From positions 1,248,001-1,312,000 of the forward strand of contig CAWCKY010000004.1 in the NCBI GenBank assembly GCA_963796275.1: a DNA stretch of 64,000 bases, written 5' to 3'. The first letter of the stretch is position 1, and every line of letters starts with the position of its first letter. A model generated the notes under the pieces. The model worked only from the letters and a program-made list of their open reading frames with translations. It made no database searches and was not told where the DNA came from. This document shows, one piece after another, positions 48,970-60,660 of the stretch. The stretch is from an uncultured Acidobacteriota bacterium. Its GTDB lineage: Bacteria > Acidobacteriota > Blastocatellia > RBC074. The position numbers and the translations under genes were made by a program.

Positions 48970-51900
48970 TTAGAAGTACAGCTTCAAACCAAACTGCATC
49001 TGGCGCGGGCTGTTGAACTGACTGGTGATACGCCCGTATGTCAGGCTCGTGATACTCGCGTCCGGCCCGGCGAAGATCACACGGTTGAAGATGTTAAACA
49101 CCTCCCAGCGAAAGTCCATGCGAACGCGTTCGGTGAAACTGATGCTCTTTTGCACAGAGACATTTTCACTGAGATTGGACTGGCGGCGCGCGTTTCCGTT
49201 GAAACGCGGGGCATTGCCGAAACGATCGGTCTGCGCCTGAACAACTCCATTGGCATCACAGAAGGAAGCAATCTGGCAGACTGGTACGAAATAGCTCGTG
49301 TAACCGCTCGTCGCGCGGTAGTCCGGGTTGTCGGGTTGATCGGCGACCCAGCCGTCGAGCGTTTTAACGTGGGCTGCGCTCCGGCCGCCCAGACCCACGG
49401 CACCACCGCTCAACTGGATCGGCTGGCCGCTCGTATAGACGTGTATCGCCGAGATCTTCCAGCCGCCCAGGACGGTCGCCAGCGGTCCACTCGAGAGATA
49501 CTTGCCATTCTTACCGAATGGCAGGTCGAAGATGTAACTGAACTTGAAGTTGTGCGGCAGGTCGAATCCTCCAACCGACTTCTCCAACCTGCGATTGTAA
49601 TGATCCATCGCCCTGCCGCCCGCATCCACAGCATCGGTATCGGTAAGCAGCTTTGAGAAGACGTAAGAGCCTTGCAGGTAGAGGCCAGTGCTGACGCGTC
49701 GCTCCATCCTCAAAATCATCGCGTGATAGGACGAGTGGCCGCTGCGGTCGCCGTTGCCCGCCCAGGTATTGATATTGGCATATTGCGGGAAAGGCCGCAG
49801 CGCTCGTTCGAGGGCGAAGTCGTCCGAGAACTCAGGGTAAGGTTTGGTGAAGCCTGCTGCTACCACCTCCGGGCTGCTGATCTTACTGTTCAACAAGGGT
49901 CTGACGAGCGGGTCGGAGATGTAATGCGAGGGCAACTGGTTGACGTTAAGCAACCCGGCCATCAAATGAACGCCGATCGTCGCATTGTAAGACGCCTCGA
50001 CCAGGAACTTGCCCGGCAATTCGCGCTGCAGCGACAGCGTCCAGTTCCAGTTCTCCGGCAGGCGCGATACCTCATCCCACTGCCACCAATCCACATCGGC
50101 ATTGGTGTTGAATCCCGGATCCACGCTGGGTGGCTGCGGCACGGTATTGACGCCGTTGACGAGAAATCCATCGTCGAGCTTGAACAGCCTTCTGATGCCA
50201 TCCGGCGATGGAACGCTGTATATCTGGATCGCACCGGCGAAGTGTGTGCTGCCGGATGTCGTGCGGACTACCCCGAATGTGCGGCCGACACCGCCGCGAA
50301 CCACCGTCTTATCGTTTGGGCTGTAAGCGAAGCTGAATCGCGGTCCCCAGCCCCCATACCAGCCAGGCACCAACGTTCGCTTGCCGACTTCACCCGGTTC
50401 GAACCCGGCGAAGCGCAGGGCGCCCAGACTACCGGTGGCGCGCGGGTTGTGCTCAAAGGGGTCGAAGTCGCTCCACTTGTCGTCGCGCTCGAGCGGAGGC
50501 AGTGTTACGTCATAGCGCATACCGAAATTGAGCGTCAGCCGCTGGGTCACCTTGAAGTCATCTTGAACGTATGCAGCGTGGCTGCGCCAATACTGTCGCA
50601 CGAAGCGGTCATTCTCTGTCTGCGCGCTGAAAGATCTCGCCCAGCAGAAATGATGCAAAAGAATTGCCGCCGCCGAGCGCAGAGTTTGTGCTTTGGGGGA
50701 TGCTCGTACTTTGTCGGCTGGGTCGTACGTATCCCGATAACGATTGGCGTCCGAAACCGTTGTAATGCAGCCGTTCGTATAAATAACCGCCCTTGATCGC
50801 ATGGCGCCCGCGGATGTAAGTCAGGTCATTGCCCACCGTAAATATCGGATTCTCCGATCCGTCTCCCGCCGATTCGCCCCATCTGTAATATCCGTCGCCC
50901 TGAAATTCGATGCTCATCAGGTTGTAGTCGCAATCGAACGCGCCGGGCAGGCAGATGCCCCTGTCTTTCCATCCGCCGCCGACATTGGGCGTGTAGTTCA
51001 GTTGCTTCCACCAGTTGACGCCACCGTAGAGGTAGTTGACGAGCCTCGGGTTGATCGTCCAGGTATAGTTTGCGCGGTAGACGTGGCTGCTCTGCTCCGT
51101 GAAGCGAAAGTCGCTGACCGTGGCGGGCAAGCGCGGAAAGCCTCCTGCACCGGGCAACACCTCGCTCAGTCCATAGTTGTAAAGACCGCTGAGCTTGTGA
51201 CGCTCGGAGAAGCTGTGATCGAGTTTCAGGCTCCACTTCGTCCACGGAAAGAGCGAGCTGCCGCCGGGACTGCGGAAATTCTGATTTACGTAAGCGAACG
51301 ATCCGGGCGCTCCCCCGGCGTTCGGGAAGACAGTGTTACCGACGTAATCCAGGTATCTCCGCGCCAGCGGGCTCATGCGATTCTGCGGAATCTTGTTGCA
51401 CGCAGTGTAACCTTGGAACGCTGGATTAGAGAGGTTGACGCCGCCGACCGGGTTGCCCCCCGGATCGCACGCGAACGGATCGCGAATGGACCGCGGATTC
51501 GATTCGCTGATTGGTATCTTGGGATTGAAATTCGGATTATCCCTGGTCGTATCCGGATCGTAGATCGGCAGGAGGTTACCGCCAGCATCGACCCATTTGC
51601 TGAAATCTCCCTGATACATCTCCGGCGTCGGCACGCTGGTGACGAAGGCGTTGGCCCCCGCACGATTGCGGAAATACTCCATCGAAAAGAAGAAGAAGGT
51701 CTTGTTCTTTCCATTGTATATCTTCGGAATCCAGACAGGCCCGCCGAAAGTGCCTCCGAAGTCGTGCTGTTTGAGCACGCTCCTCGTATCCTCGAAGTAA
51801 TTGCGCGCGTCGAAATAGTTGTTACGCAGGAACTCATAGAGACTGCCGTGATACTCATTGGTCCCTGAACGCGAAGAGAAGGTGAGGATGCCCCCTTGAG

Positions 51901-52636
51901 CGCGTCCGAACTCAGCTTTGAAGCCGTTGGTATCGACGGCGAACTCGGTGATCGCGTCGATCGATGGCGTGTTCAAACTCGACCACTCGGTCGAGCCGAA
52001 ACGGCTCGTGCCCGCCGAAGCGCCGTCGAGCGTGATGCCCCAGGTTCCGCCCTGTCCGCCTCCGATCGAAAACTCGGAGTTGTAGCCGGGGCCCCCGACA
52101 CCAGCGACGCCGCCGAGACCGAGCGGCTTGGTCTCGGGCGTCAGCAGCGAAAGGTTGAACGGGCTGCGCACCGAACCGCTAACTACCAGCGGCAACTCGT
52201 CGATCTGTTTGTTCGATACCTGCGATGTGATTTTCGCGTTCTCGGTCTGTACCTGCGCGCCCAGCGTGGTGCTGACTTCGACTGTCTCGGTCACCTGCCC
52301 GATCTCAAGCGTAAAGTTGGCCGGTGTGGTGTTGCCAACATTTACATTCACCTGGGAAGTCTCGGTAGCTTTGAAGCCCTGCTTCTCTATGCGAACTTTA
52401 TATCTGCCGGGTGGCAGCGCAGGGATTGTATATACACCATCGCCTGTAGTAACTGCCGTCGAGACGGCATTGGTGGCCATGTTGGTAACGACAATAGTTG
52501 CCCCGGGGATATTCGATCCCGAGACGTCCGTGACGGTCCCGGTGATCGTCCCGCGGTCGGATTGCGCGTATCCGAAACCGCTGAGCGTCATCGTAAGAAA
52601 CAGAATTACAAGAAGAGTGGGGGTGCTCCCTTTCAT
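48970..52636 (-). CDS. Oar-like TonB-dependent receptor with carboxypeptidase-regulatory N-domain, apparent +1 frameshift at about 50631
   Basis: GTITGTVTD, SGTNEYHGSLYEFLRN, YVQDDFKVT..LTLNFGMRYD, C-terminal PRQMQFGLKLYF; frames join as LLGEIF|SAQTENDRF. Confidence 0.88.
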
Positions 52637-52934
52637 GTTTACTCCTTTGGAGCTACTCGTGTAGCCGTTAAAGCGGTTGTATCTTGATAGATGTGATTGG
52701 TTCTGTGCGTCGTCTGGGACAATATGAACGGCTCATTGGAAAACGTCAATAGCACTGAATAATGAGTTCGTTACCCGAAGGATGCCTTCAGGCGGTCTGA
52801 AAATCGATCGAAAAGAAGAAGATCGTGTAAACGTGGAACACCAAACACAGAAACAGTCTTCACCTCGTTTCGGAGTTCCGCCTTCAGGCCAATGCCCATT
52901 GAATTGCCAAGAGAGGGGCAAAGAAAGTAGCCAG

Positions 52935-53008
52935 ATGTTGCGCGAGCTCCGGACGGAGGAGCGACATAAACATTAATATCCCGCTCCTCCGGAGCTTGCG
53001 ATGAACAT
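52935..53008. repeat. REP-like hairpin, same family as the innermost element at 46811-46863
   Basis: gagctccggacggaggagcgacat ... cgctcctccggagct. Confidence 0.6.
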
Positions 53009-53095
53009 TGCCATTAAAGCTTAAAATATCCGGCTTTTCCGGAGCCAATCGGAAGATATTGATAACGACCGGATTTAATTTGCATAGGGCATCAG

Positions 53096-53731
53096 CTAAC
53101 TCAGCCGTTTTACTCTGATGTTCTTATAACGCACCGTGCTATTCGGATCGTGGGCCTGCAATGCAAAAGTTCCCTTGTCGAGGACTCGCGCGGGCGTGCT
53201 GCCCGGTTTGAGATCGGCCGGCTCGTCCCAATCGACTGTCACTTTGTCATTGACTTTGATTGTGATGTGTTTGCCTTTGACGATGATGTGATATGTGTAC
53301 CATTCATTATCCTTGACCAGTTGCTCTTTGACATCCTGCACGGCATAGAGACTCCCCGTCTTGCGCGGATCCTTGTTGTACGTATTGTTCACCTGAACCT
53401 CATAGCCGGCTTTCGGCCAGTCAGTCTCCTGATACTGAGTGTGAAAGTATATTCCGCCGTTCGACCCGGGCTCGGTCATGACATCCACCTTCAGCTCGAA
53501 GTTCACATAGGGTTTGTTATCTCCGACGTAATAGAGATGGCTTCTCTCGCCGCGAGCTACAATCGCCCCGTCCTGAAGCAACCAGCTTTTCTGATTTTCG
53601 TTGGCCATCTTCCAGCCGTTGAATGTTTGGCCGTCAAAGAGTTTCTTGAAGCCGGGCTCGGTCTTGCTCTGCCCCGTGACAATCGAAGTAAGCGAGATTA
53701 GTGTGGCAAGTAAAAGCACTCTGGTTTTCAT
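53096..53731 (-). CDS. DUF1080 (3-keto-disaccharide hydrolase-like) exported protein
   Basis: LFDG..GW, NGGIYF, GYEVQV, TGSLY, ALQAHD, YKNIRVK. Confidence 0.9.
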   Translation of the reverse strand: MKTRVLLLATLISLTSIVTGQSKTEPGFKKLFDGQTFNGWKMANENQKSWLLQDGAIVARGERSHLYYVGDNKPYVNFELKVDVMTEPGSNGGIYFHTQYQETDWPKAGYEVQVNNTYNKDPRKTGSLYAVQDVKEQLVKDNEWYTYHIIVKGKHITIKVNDKVTVDWDEPADLKPGSTPARVLDKGTFALQAHDPNSTVRYKNIRVKRLS

Positions 53732-53868
53732 AGTGAATTTTCTCCTCCGCAAATGTACTTTGGTTATCGTAAAGGAAAGTGAAATATCGGGGAGATCAAA
53801 ACATTTCTACTGGATCATAGTCAAGGTTGATCCATCGCATTCAGGGGATCAGCGGTCAGGCTGCCGGG

Positions 53869-55005
53869 TCACTTTTCATAAACGCGCGGAACGCGGGATG
53901 AGAGGCCAGTGACGATTTCATAAGAGATCGTGCCGATCTGTTCCGCCAGGTCTTCTGCAGTTATACGCAGGCCATTCTGTTCCCCGATCAGAAACACTTC
54001 ATCCCCCTCGGCGGCATCGGGGATATCGGTCACGTCGATGATCGTCAAATCCATGCTCACGCGCCCGACAACCGGAGCTAAGCGCCCGCGTACGATCACC
54101 CGGCCGTTGTTCGAGTGCGCGCGCCGGAATCCATCTGCATAACCGATGGGGATCGTGGCGATGCGGCACTCGCGAGCGGTCGTGTATGTGCGGCCATAAC
54201 CGAGCGACGTGCCGGACGGAACGGTCTTCATCATAATGATCCGCGAATGCAATGACATGACGGGACGCAGTTTGAAAGGTTCGGGTCGAGGCGCGAGCAC
54301 ATCACGCGCCAATCCATAAAGGGTTGCGCCCGCGCGCGCCAGATTGCCGTGAGAATGCGGATACGCGTGGATCCCTGCGCTGTTGGCGAGATGCCGCCAC
54401 GGTGGATCGAATCCGAGCCCGCGAAGAATCGCGAGCGCATCGTTAAAATGCCCGATCTGGGATTCGTTGTATTCCGTCTCCGCTTCATCGGCCGCGGAGA
54501 AATGCGTCATCAGACCATCTAGTTTTAATCGATCGAATTGTTTGAGTCCGCTCGCGAATTCAGTGAGCCCGGCGAGCGGCACTCCGAGCCTCCCCATTCC
54601 CGTGTCGATTTTGAGATGAAAGCTGATCGTTCGACCTGCTTCACGCGCTCTCGCATTGAGTTCGGCTGCAGCCTCCAGACGGAAAACAGCGGTCGTCAGA
54701 TCGTGCTTGATCACATCCGCCGCCTGCCCGGTCCAGAACCCTCCCAGGCAGAGAATCGGCCGAGCAATCCCCGCTTCTCGCAACGCCACGCCTTCCTCGA
54801 CCAATCCGACCCCGAACCAGCCGGCGCCGATCGATTCGAGCGCGCGCGAGCATTCGGTTGCACCGTGGCCATAAGCGTCGGCTTTGACCACAGCCATCAA
54901 CTGCGCGCCGGGAGTGAGATGTTGCTTGAGCGTGATGAAATTGTGGCGGAGCGCGCTCAGAGAAATTGCGGCCCAGGTCGGGCGTTGGTTTATAGCGTGA
55001 TCCAT
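53869..55005 (-). CDS. alr: Alanine racemase
   Basis: [35 protein letters not shown]. Confidence 0.96.
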   Translation of the reverse strand: MDHAINQRPTWAAISLSALRHNFITLKQHLTPGAQLMAVVKADAYGHGATECSRALESIGAGWFGVGLVEEGVALREAGIARPILCLGGFWTGQAADVIKHDLTTAVFRLEAAAELNARAREAGRTISFHLKIDTGMGRLGVPLAGLTEFASGLKQFDRLKLDGLMTHFSAADEAETEYNESQIGHFNDALAILRGLGFDPPWRHLANSAGIHAYPHSHGNLARAGATLYGLARDVLAPRPEPFKLRPVMSLHSRIIMMKTVPSGTSLGYGRTYTTARECRIATIPIGYADGFRRAHSNNGRVIVRGRLAPVVGRVSMDLTIIDVTDIPDAAEGDEVFLIGEQNGLRITAEDLAEQIGTISYEIVTGLSSRVPRVYEK

Positions 55006-55084
55006 GAAAATTTTTGTGCGGGAAAAAGCACAAAGGTAGAGGCTGGGGTTGCGCCTCTTGAGTACTTCCTTGTGATTTTCGTGG

Positions 55085-56458
55085 TTACTCCTCTCGGTAT
55101 TTGTCCTCGAAGCGGGTGAGCTGTTTGAGAAAGACGAGTTCGACGCTGCCGACCGGGCCGTTACGCTGTTTGCCGATAATTATCTCTGCGATGTTCTGTT
55201 TTTCGGTCTCCGGTTTGTAAACCTCTTCGCGATATATAAACATTACGACATCTGCGTCTTGTTCGATGCTACCGCTTTCTCGCAAATCGGAGAGCTGCGG
55301 TTTATGGCTTCCCGTGCGCGTCTCGGGCGCGCGCGAAAGCTGGGAGAGCGCAATTAAGGGGACATTCAACTCTTTCCCCAGCATCTTCAGTTCTCGCGAA
55401 ATCTGCGACACCTCCTGCTGGCGCGATTCAGACCGTCCGCGCCCGCTCATCAACTGTAAATAATCGACGATCAGTAGATCAAGCGCTTTCTGTTCGTTCT
55501 TCAACCGGCGCGCCTTGGCGCGCATCTCGAGCACCGAAATGCCCGGCGTATCATCAAGAAAGATTTGCGCTTCGGAAAGTTCTCCCACGGCCATTGCCAG
55601 GCGCCGCCAATCGTCTTTATTGAGCATCCCGGTCCGCAGTCGATGAGCATCGACGCGCGCCTGCGAACAGAGCAACCGCTGAACGAGCTGCTCTTTGCTC
55701 ATCTCGAGCGAGAAGATACCGACGACGGCTTTCTCGCCGTGATGTTGAATTCGGAGAGCAGCATTTTGCGCAATCCCGACCGCTAACGCCGTCTTCCCCA
55801 TTGACGGCCTCGCGGCAATGATGATCAGATCACCGCGCTGCAACCCTGATGTCATATAGTCGAGATCTTGGAAGCCCGTCGCGATGCCGGTGATCAGCTG
55901 CTCTCGTCCGGCAATCTCTTCGATCAGTTCGAGCTGTTTGCCGGCGACTTCTCCGATATGCACGAACCCTTGTTTTATGCGATCTTCGGCGATCGAGAGG
56001 ATCAGCTGCTCCGCTTTGTCGAGAATCTCTTCCGGGTCGTCTTCTGCGTCAAAGGCCATCCCCATAATCTGGTTCGAGGCATTGATCAGCCTGCGTAAAG
56101 TGGATTTTCCTTTGACGATCTTCGTGTAGTTGTCGATGTTCGAAAAGCGCGGGACGCCATCGAAGAGCGACGCGATATATGCGGGGCCGCCGACCGGATC
56201 GAGTTCGCCGGCGCGGCGCAGCTCCTCCTGCAATGTGATCGGGTCGATCCCGCGCCCCTGCTCATAGAGGTTGATCATCTTTTCGTAGATGCGTCGATGC
56301 GAGGTGAGCAGGAAATCATCCGGCTTTAAACGTTCGACGGCCTGATTGATCGTCGCATTATCGAGCAGGATTGCGCCGAGGATCAGACGCTCGGCGTCGA
56401 CATTGCTGGGCAGCGACTTCTCAAGGGTGAGGTCTCGATTGGGTTCTTGTTTTGCCAT
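55085..56458 (-). CDS. dnaB: Replicative DNA helicase
   Basis: [41 protein letters not shown]; no intein. Confidence 0.98.
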   Translation of the reverse strand: MAKQEPNRDLTLEKSLPSNVDAERLILGAILLDNATINQAVERLKPDDFLLTSHRRIYEKMINLYEQGRGIDPITLQEELRRAGELDPVGGPAYIASLFDGVPRFSNIDNYTKIVKGKSTLRRLINASNQIMGMAFDAEDDPEEILDKAEQLILSIAEDRIKQGFVHIGEVAGKQLELIEEIAGREQLITGIATGFQDLDYMTSGLQRGDLIIIAARPSMGKTALAVGIAQNAALRIQHHGEKAVVGIFSLEMSKEQLVQRLLCSQARVDAHRLRTGMLNKDDWRRLAMAVGELSEAQIFLDDTPGISVLEMRAKARRLKNEQKALDLLIVDYLQLMSGRGRSESRQQEVSQISRELKMLGKELNVPLIALSQLSRAPETRTGSHKPQLSDLRESGSIEQDADVVMFIYREEVYKPETEKQNIAEIIIGKQRNGPVGSVELVFLKQLTRFEDKYREE

Positions 56459-56729
56459 TTCGCCGGGGCGATGCCTCGCGTTCGGATTCGTAAGCCAGAT
56501 GGAAAAAATGTTGTGAGAAACAAAGGTGAGGGATGAACGCCATTATTCATCTCCCGGTTAGCATCTTATGCAGGAGACGAATCGCGTCAAGCCGGCGATG
56601 TAAAACTACGGCGATGATGATGATTCTACTGAAGAAAAAATTTTCGGGAGTAGTGAGAGCTGGGGAAGTGCCCGAAGTCCGGAGCCCGGAAGTTGTCAGC
56701 CGGATATTGATTCCGGACTCCGGATTTTT

Positions 56730-57182
56730 TTATTCGCTTTTGACCACGACCTTGATACTGGCCGTGACTTCGCGATGCAGTTTGATCGGCACTTCAAACT
56801 CTCCTGTCTCTTTGATCGGGTCTTTCAGCTGTATCCGTTTACGATCGATCTCATAACCCCTGGCGGCCAGCGATTCGGCCACGTCCATTGAAGTTACTGA
56901 ACCATAGAGAATGCCGTGATCACCGACTTTGCGCGCAAATTCAAGCGTGACATCTTTGAGCAAACCGGCCTGCCCGTCTGCCGAGGCGCGCTCGCTCGCC
57001 TCGCGTTTGAGCAGCGATTTCCGTTGCATCTCTATCTGTTTGATATTGGACGGCGTGGCCTGGACTGCGAGCCCGCGCGGCAATAGGTAGTTGCGGCCAT
57101 AACCGGCGCGCACTTTCACCAATTCACCGCGAACGCCCAGACTCTCCACGTCCTCTTTCAGTAAGAGTTCCATCATTGACAT
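56730..57182 (-). CDS. rplI: 50S ribosomal protein L9
   Basis: GELVKVRAGYGRNYLLP, LYGSVT. Confidence 0.97.
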   Translation of the reverse strand: MSMMELLLKEDVESLGVRGELVKVRAGYGRNYLLPRGLAVQATPSNIKQIEMQRKSLLKREASERASADGQAGLLKDVTLEFARKVGDHGILYGSVTSMDVAESLAARGYEIDRKRIQLKDPIKETGEFEVPIKLHREVTASIKVVVKSE

Positions 57183-57199
57183 AACTAAGACTCCCTTAT

Positions 57200-57267
57200 C
57201 AGTTGCCAGTTTCCAGTTTTTAGTTTTCAGCCGTTGAAACTGAAAACTGAAAACTGAAGACTGAAAC
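57200..57267. repeat. Paired inverted heptamer repeats (TTTTCAG)n / (AAAACTG)n
   Basis: cagtttccagtttttagttttcag ... aactgaaaactgaaaactgaagactg between rpsR and rplI. Confidence 0.8.
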
Positions 57268-57545
57268 TAATATTTCGTATATGGCAATAGGGCGAGGCTG
57301 CGCGCACGCTTGATCGCCTCGCTCAATTTGCGCTGCTGCCATGCGGTTACGCCGGTCAACCGGCGGGGCATAATCTTACCGTTCTCCGCAATGAATGCTT
57401 GCAGCAGCTTCACATCCTTATAATCGATGTAATCGATCTTCTCGGCGGAGAGGCGAGAGACACGACGACGGCGCGAGGCCGTACGCATGCCTTTTCCTCC
57501 CTTGCCATTCCTCTCGTCGTTATCGAATTCTGTATTTCTCGGCAT
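57267..57545 (-). CDS. rpsR: 30S ribosomal protein S18 (zinc-free, C-minus type)
   Basis: [31 protein letters not shown]; no Cys. Confidence 0.96.
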   Translation of the reverse strand: MPRNTEFDNDERNGKGGKGMRTASRRRRVSRLSAEKIDYIDYKDVKLLQAFIAENGKIMPRRLTGVTAWQQRKLSEAIKRARSLALLPYTKY

Positions 57546-57582
57546 ATTCGTCCTCAATTCCGGCGGTTTTGATCACCGCTCA

Positions 57583-57984
57583 TTATCTAATATCCTCTTC
57601 ATCCTCCATGCCTTCTTCGAGATCGAAGTCTTCATCCTTCTCGCGCGGTATGAGGATAGATTTTCGCTTGGCTTTCATCTTCGCGGCCCGCTTGAGGTCT
57701 TCGTCCGTACGGATGGTGAGATGGCGGAGCACAAAATCGGTCACGCGCAGACGGCGCTCGACCTCGGATATCTCCTGGCCAGTGCCCTCTATATGGAGCA
57801 GTGTATAGATGCCCTCGTCAAACTTGTTTATGCGATAAGCGAGCTTGCGGCGACCCCAATTGTCTATTTTAGAGATCTTTCCGCCCCTCTCGGTGACGAC
57901 GTGTTCAAGTTGGGTAGTGATCTTGCTGAGATCACCTTCGGCAGTATTAGGCGCCGAGATGAAAACAACCTCGTAGGTTCTCAA
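57583..57984 (-). CDS. rpsF: 30S ribosomal protein S6
   Basis: RTYEVVFI, WGRRKLAYRI; TTG start after AAGGAGG. Confidence 0.97.
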   Translation of the reverse strand: MRTYEVVFISAPNTAEGDLSKITTQLEHVVTERGGKISKIDNWGRRKLAYRINKFDEGIYTLLHIEGTGQEISEVERRLRVTDFVLRHLTIRTDEDLKRAAKMKAKRKSILIPREKDEDFDLEEGMEDEEDIR

Positions 57985-57992
57985 GACTTTTT

Positions 57993-58048
57993 CCTCCTTA
58001 TGGATGTTATCTTCTACAGCCCGGCAGAAACCCCGCCGAGCAAGGAGC
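57993..58048 (-). promoter_or_regulatory. Putative S6:S18 autoregulatory leader RNA
   Basis: Minus strand CTCCTTGCTC-ggcggggtttctgcc-GGGC...AAGGAG; CTCCTT can pair with the rpsF SD, as in known rpsF leaders. Confidence 0.55.
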
Positions 58049-58050
58049 TA

Positions 58051-58135
58051 GGATAATTGATAATGGATAATTGATAGTTTGTATGCCTGTGGCAACAATC
58101 TATACGAATTATCAATTATCCATTATCAATTATCC
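58051..58135. repeat. Perfect 26-bp inverted repeat built from heptamers (GATAATT/GATAATG)
   Basis: ggataattgataatggataattgata / tatcaattatccattatcaattatcc; the right arm contains the pth stop codon. Confidence 0.9.
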
Positions 58136-58693
58136 ATTGTATTTAGACATTGCCTCGGCAATGCCCGATGTCAAAATAGCTTCGACGGCCTCGGCCGCCC
58201 GCGCCAACATTTGATCGAGCGCGTCATGATCCTTGCGCGAGAAATCGGCAAGGACAAAATCTCTCATTGCGGCAACCGGGTGATCTGGGGCGATTCCCAT
58301 TCGCAGACGGGGAAACATGTCCGTCCCGAGCTTGGCAATGACTGACTTGAGGCCGTTATGCCCTCCCGCGCTTCCCTCGCGGCGTATGCGAATCTTGCCA
58401 AAGGGTAAAGCAATGTCATCGCTCAGAATAAGCACCGATGAGTTCTCTTCGATCCGGTACTTGTCCTTCAATGCGGCGACAGAGACTCCGCTCAGATTCA
58501 TAAACGTCTGAGGTTTGGCGAACAGAAGTTCCTGATCCCCAATCGCCGAGCGCGCCGTCAAGGCCTGGCATTCCGAAATACGGACTTCCCGCCCGGCACG
58601 CCTTGCCAGTTCATCGATAAGCATGAAGCCGCAATTATGGCGCGTCCATTCATACTGCGGTCCCGGATTACCAAGGCCAACGATCAGCCACAT
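58130..58693 (-). CDS. pth: Peptidyl-tRNA hydrolase
   Basis: LIVGLGNPG..TRHN.GF, KPQTFMNLSG, GSAGGHNGLKS. Confidence 0.97.
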   Translation of the reverse strand: MWLIVGLGNPGPQYEWTRHNCGFMLIDELARRAGREVRISECQALTARSAIGDQELLFAKPQTFMNLSGVSVAALKDKYRIEENSSVLILSDDIALPFGKIRIRREGSAGGHNGLKSVIAKLGTDMFPRLRMGIAPDHPVAAMRDFVLADFSRKDHDALDQMLARAAEAVEAILTSGIAEAMSKYNG

Positions 58694-58734
58694 ACGAGCA
58701 GAAATCTCAAATTTCGAGCTTTGAGATGCAGAAA

Positions 58735-59385
58735 TTATTGGCCGCCCTGCTCCTCAGTCTTACCCTTCTTGATGACTTCCGGTTCGGCAGCAGATTCCTC
58801 CGCCGGTGGAGCTTCTTCCTCGACCCGCGGCGGGATGACCGTGACAATAACCTTCTCAGGGTCGGCCAGCACTTCGATCTTATCGCTTATTTTCAGGTCT
58901 TTGACGTACAAATGATCGCCGATACCGAGCGCAGTAACATCAACCTCGATTGCTTCCGGAAGATCCGTCGGCAGACAGCGTACCTCCAAAGATTTCGTGA
59001 CGAGATCGAGTATCCCCTCGAACTTCTTCACTCCCTCCGCCTCACCGACCGCCCTGACGGACAATTCGAATGTGGTTTTTTCCGTCAAGGAAATCCGCAT
59101 CAAGTCCGCATGAATGAGGGATCCTTTGATGGGATCGAGTTGCAGCGCAGCGATCTTGACCGGCGTTGCCGATCCTTCGAAATTGAGCGTGAAAACTTTA
59201 TTGCGCCCGTAGTTCCGCAACAACGCGGCAAATTCCCGCTTCCCGATCATTGTGCTGGCGGCTTCTTGGCCGCCGCCATAAACTGTAACCGGGACCATAC
59301 CCTGCGCGCGCAGGCGGCGGGACGCATTCTTACCGCGCTCATCGCGGCGCGTGGCTTCGAGCATTACACTCGTATCAAAACTCAT
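58735..59385 (-). CDS. rplY: 50S ribosomal protein L25/Ctc
   Basis: GKNASRRLR..G.VP..YG, HADL, long Ctc C-terminal domain. Confidence 0.95.
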   Translation of the reverse strand: MSFDTSVMLEATRRDERGKNASRRLRAQGMVPVTVYGGGQEAASTMIGKREFAALLRNYGRNKVFTLNFEGSATPVKIAALQLDPIKGSLIHADLMRISLTEKTTFELSVRAVGEAEGVKKFEGILDLVTKSLEVRCLPTDLPEAIEVDVTALGIGDHLYVKDLKISDKIEVLADPEKVIVTVIPPRVEEEAPPAEESAAEPEVIKKGKTEEQGGQ

Positions 59386-59417
59386 AGTCTCAACTCCAGG
59401 TTCGATTTACTGAAAAC

Positions 59418-60365
59418 TCAGATAAATAATCGGCTCACGGAGGTCTCGTCGTGGATGGACTTGATCGCCTCAGCGAGCAGCGGGGCGATGCTCAGACATT
59501 CGAAACGCGACGATTGGCAAAAGCCCACGAGCGGCAGAGTATTCGTCATCACCACTTTTTCGAGCGGGGATTTCTCGATTCGCTCAATCGCATTGCTCGA
59601 GAGCACCGCGTGTACACAACTGGTCAATATACGGCGAGCGCCGTTCGCCCGCAGCGCTTCCGCGACCTTCGTCAATGTCCCTGCCGTATCCACCATATCA
59701 TCAACGATGAGCGCGTTGCGCCCTTCAACCCTGCCAACGACGTTCATTACTTCAGCTTCCGCGTGACCCGGCTGCATTTTATCGCGCCTTTTGTCGGCTA
59801 TGCCGAAATCGGCGTTTAACCGTTTGGCGTAGGCCCGCGCTCTCTCGGCGCCGCCTGGGTCGGGCGCCACGACGACCAGATTCTCGATGGGGTTTCTGGT
59901 AAAGTATTCGATCATCACCGGAGCAGCGAAAAGATGATCGACCGGGATATCGAAGAACCCCTGAATCTGTGGCGCGTGCAGGTCTACGGCAAGGACCCGG
60001 TTCGCGCCCGCCGTTGTGATCAGATTGGCGACCAGCCTGGCCGATATAGCAATGCGCGGTTTGTCCTTCTTATCACTGCGCGCGTAACCGTAATAGGGGA
60101 TCACCGCTGTGATGCGATCTGCCGATGAACGACGGAAAGCGTCGATCATTATCAGCAACTCCATGAGGTGCGAATCCACGGGGGGGCTGGTCGACTGCAC
60201 TATAAATACATCGCTTCCCCTAACATTCTCGAGGATTTGAAAGGCAAATTCCCCGTCCGGAAACCGCGTCGTGTTGGCACGACCGAGCGGAATTCCAAGG
60301 TATTGGCAGATCTCTTCGGCTAACGGGCGATTCGAGTTGCCCGCGAATATCTGTAGGCTGTTCAC
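59418..60365 (-). CDS. prs: Ribose-phosphate pyrophosphokinase
   Basis: FPDGE, PYYGYARSD, DLHAPQIQGFF, VDDMVDTAGT. Confidence 0.98.
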   Translation of the reverse strand: MNSLQIFAGNSNRPLAEEICQYLGIPLGRANTTRFPDGEFAFQILENVRGSDVFIVQSTSPPVDSHLMELLIMIDAFRRSSADRITAVIPYYGYARSDKKDKPRIAISARLVANLITTAGANRVLAVDLHAPQIQGFFDIPVDHLFAAPVMIEYFTRNPIENLVVVAPDPGGAERARAYAKRLNADFGIADKRRDKMQPGHAEAEVMNVVGRVEGRNALIVDDMVDTAGTLTKVAEALRANGARRILTSCVHAVLSSNAIERIEKSPLEKVVMTNTLPLVGFCQSSRFECLSIAPLLAEAIKSIHDETSVSRLFI

Positions 60366-60455
60366 GGCTTTCTGGCTTGCAGACTGCCGATCGCAGATTA
60401 AAGAAAATGCCTAAGCCTCTTCCTGAATCCGCTCACCGCATTCCGCAATCATTAC

Positions 60456-60535
<80 letters not shown>

Positions 60536-60547
60536 CCCCAATTTGAA

Positions 60548-60660
60548 TCGATAGATGATAATTGATACTTGATAGTGAGATAGGTTCTTTCACTATCAAG
60601 TATCAACTATCGTCTATCAACTATCATCTATCAATTAACAGCTATCAACTATCAATTAAC
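60548..60660. repeat. Heptamer repeats (TTGATAG)n / (CTATCAA)n forming a hairpin
   Basis: ttgatacttgatagtga / tcactatcaagtatcaa followed by further ctatcaa units. Confidence 0.75.

Noticed and set aside
52770-52890. Two GCCTTCAGGC palindromes, possibly a further REP family
   Set aside because: They are short, degenerate and lack complete inverted arms, so the evidence is too weak to call
55085-56458. Intein in DnaB
   Set aside because: The length (457 aa) and motifs are continuous, with no insertion
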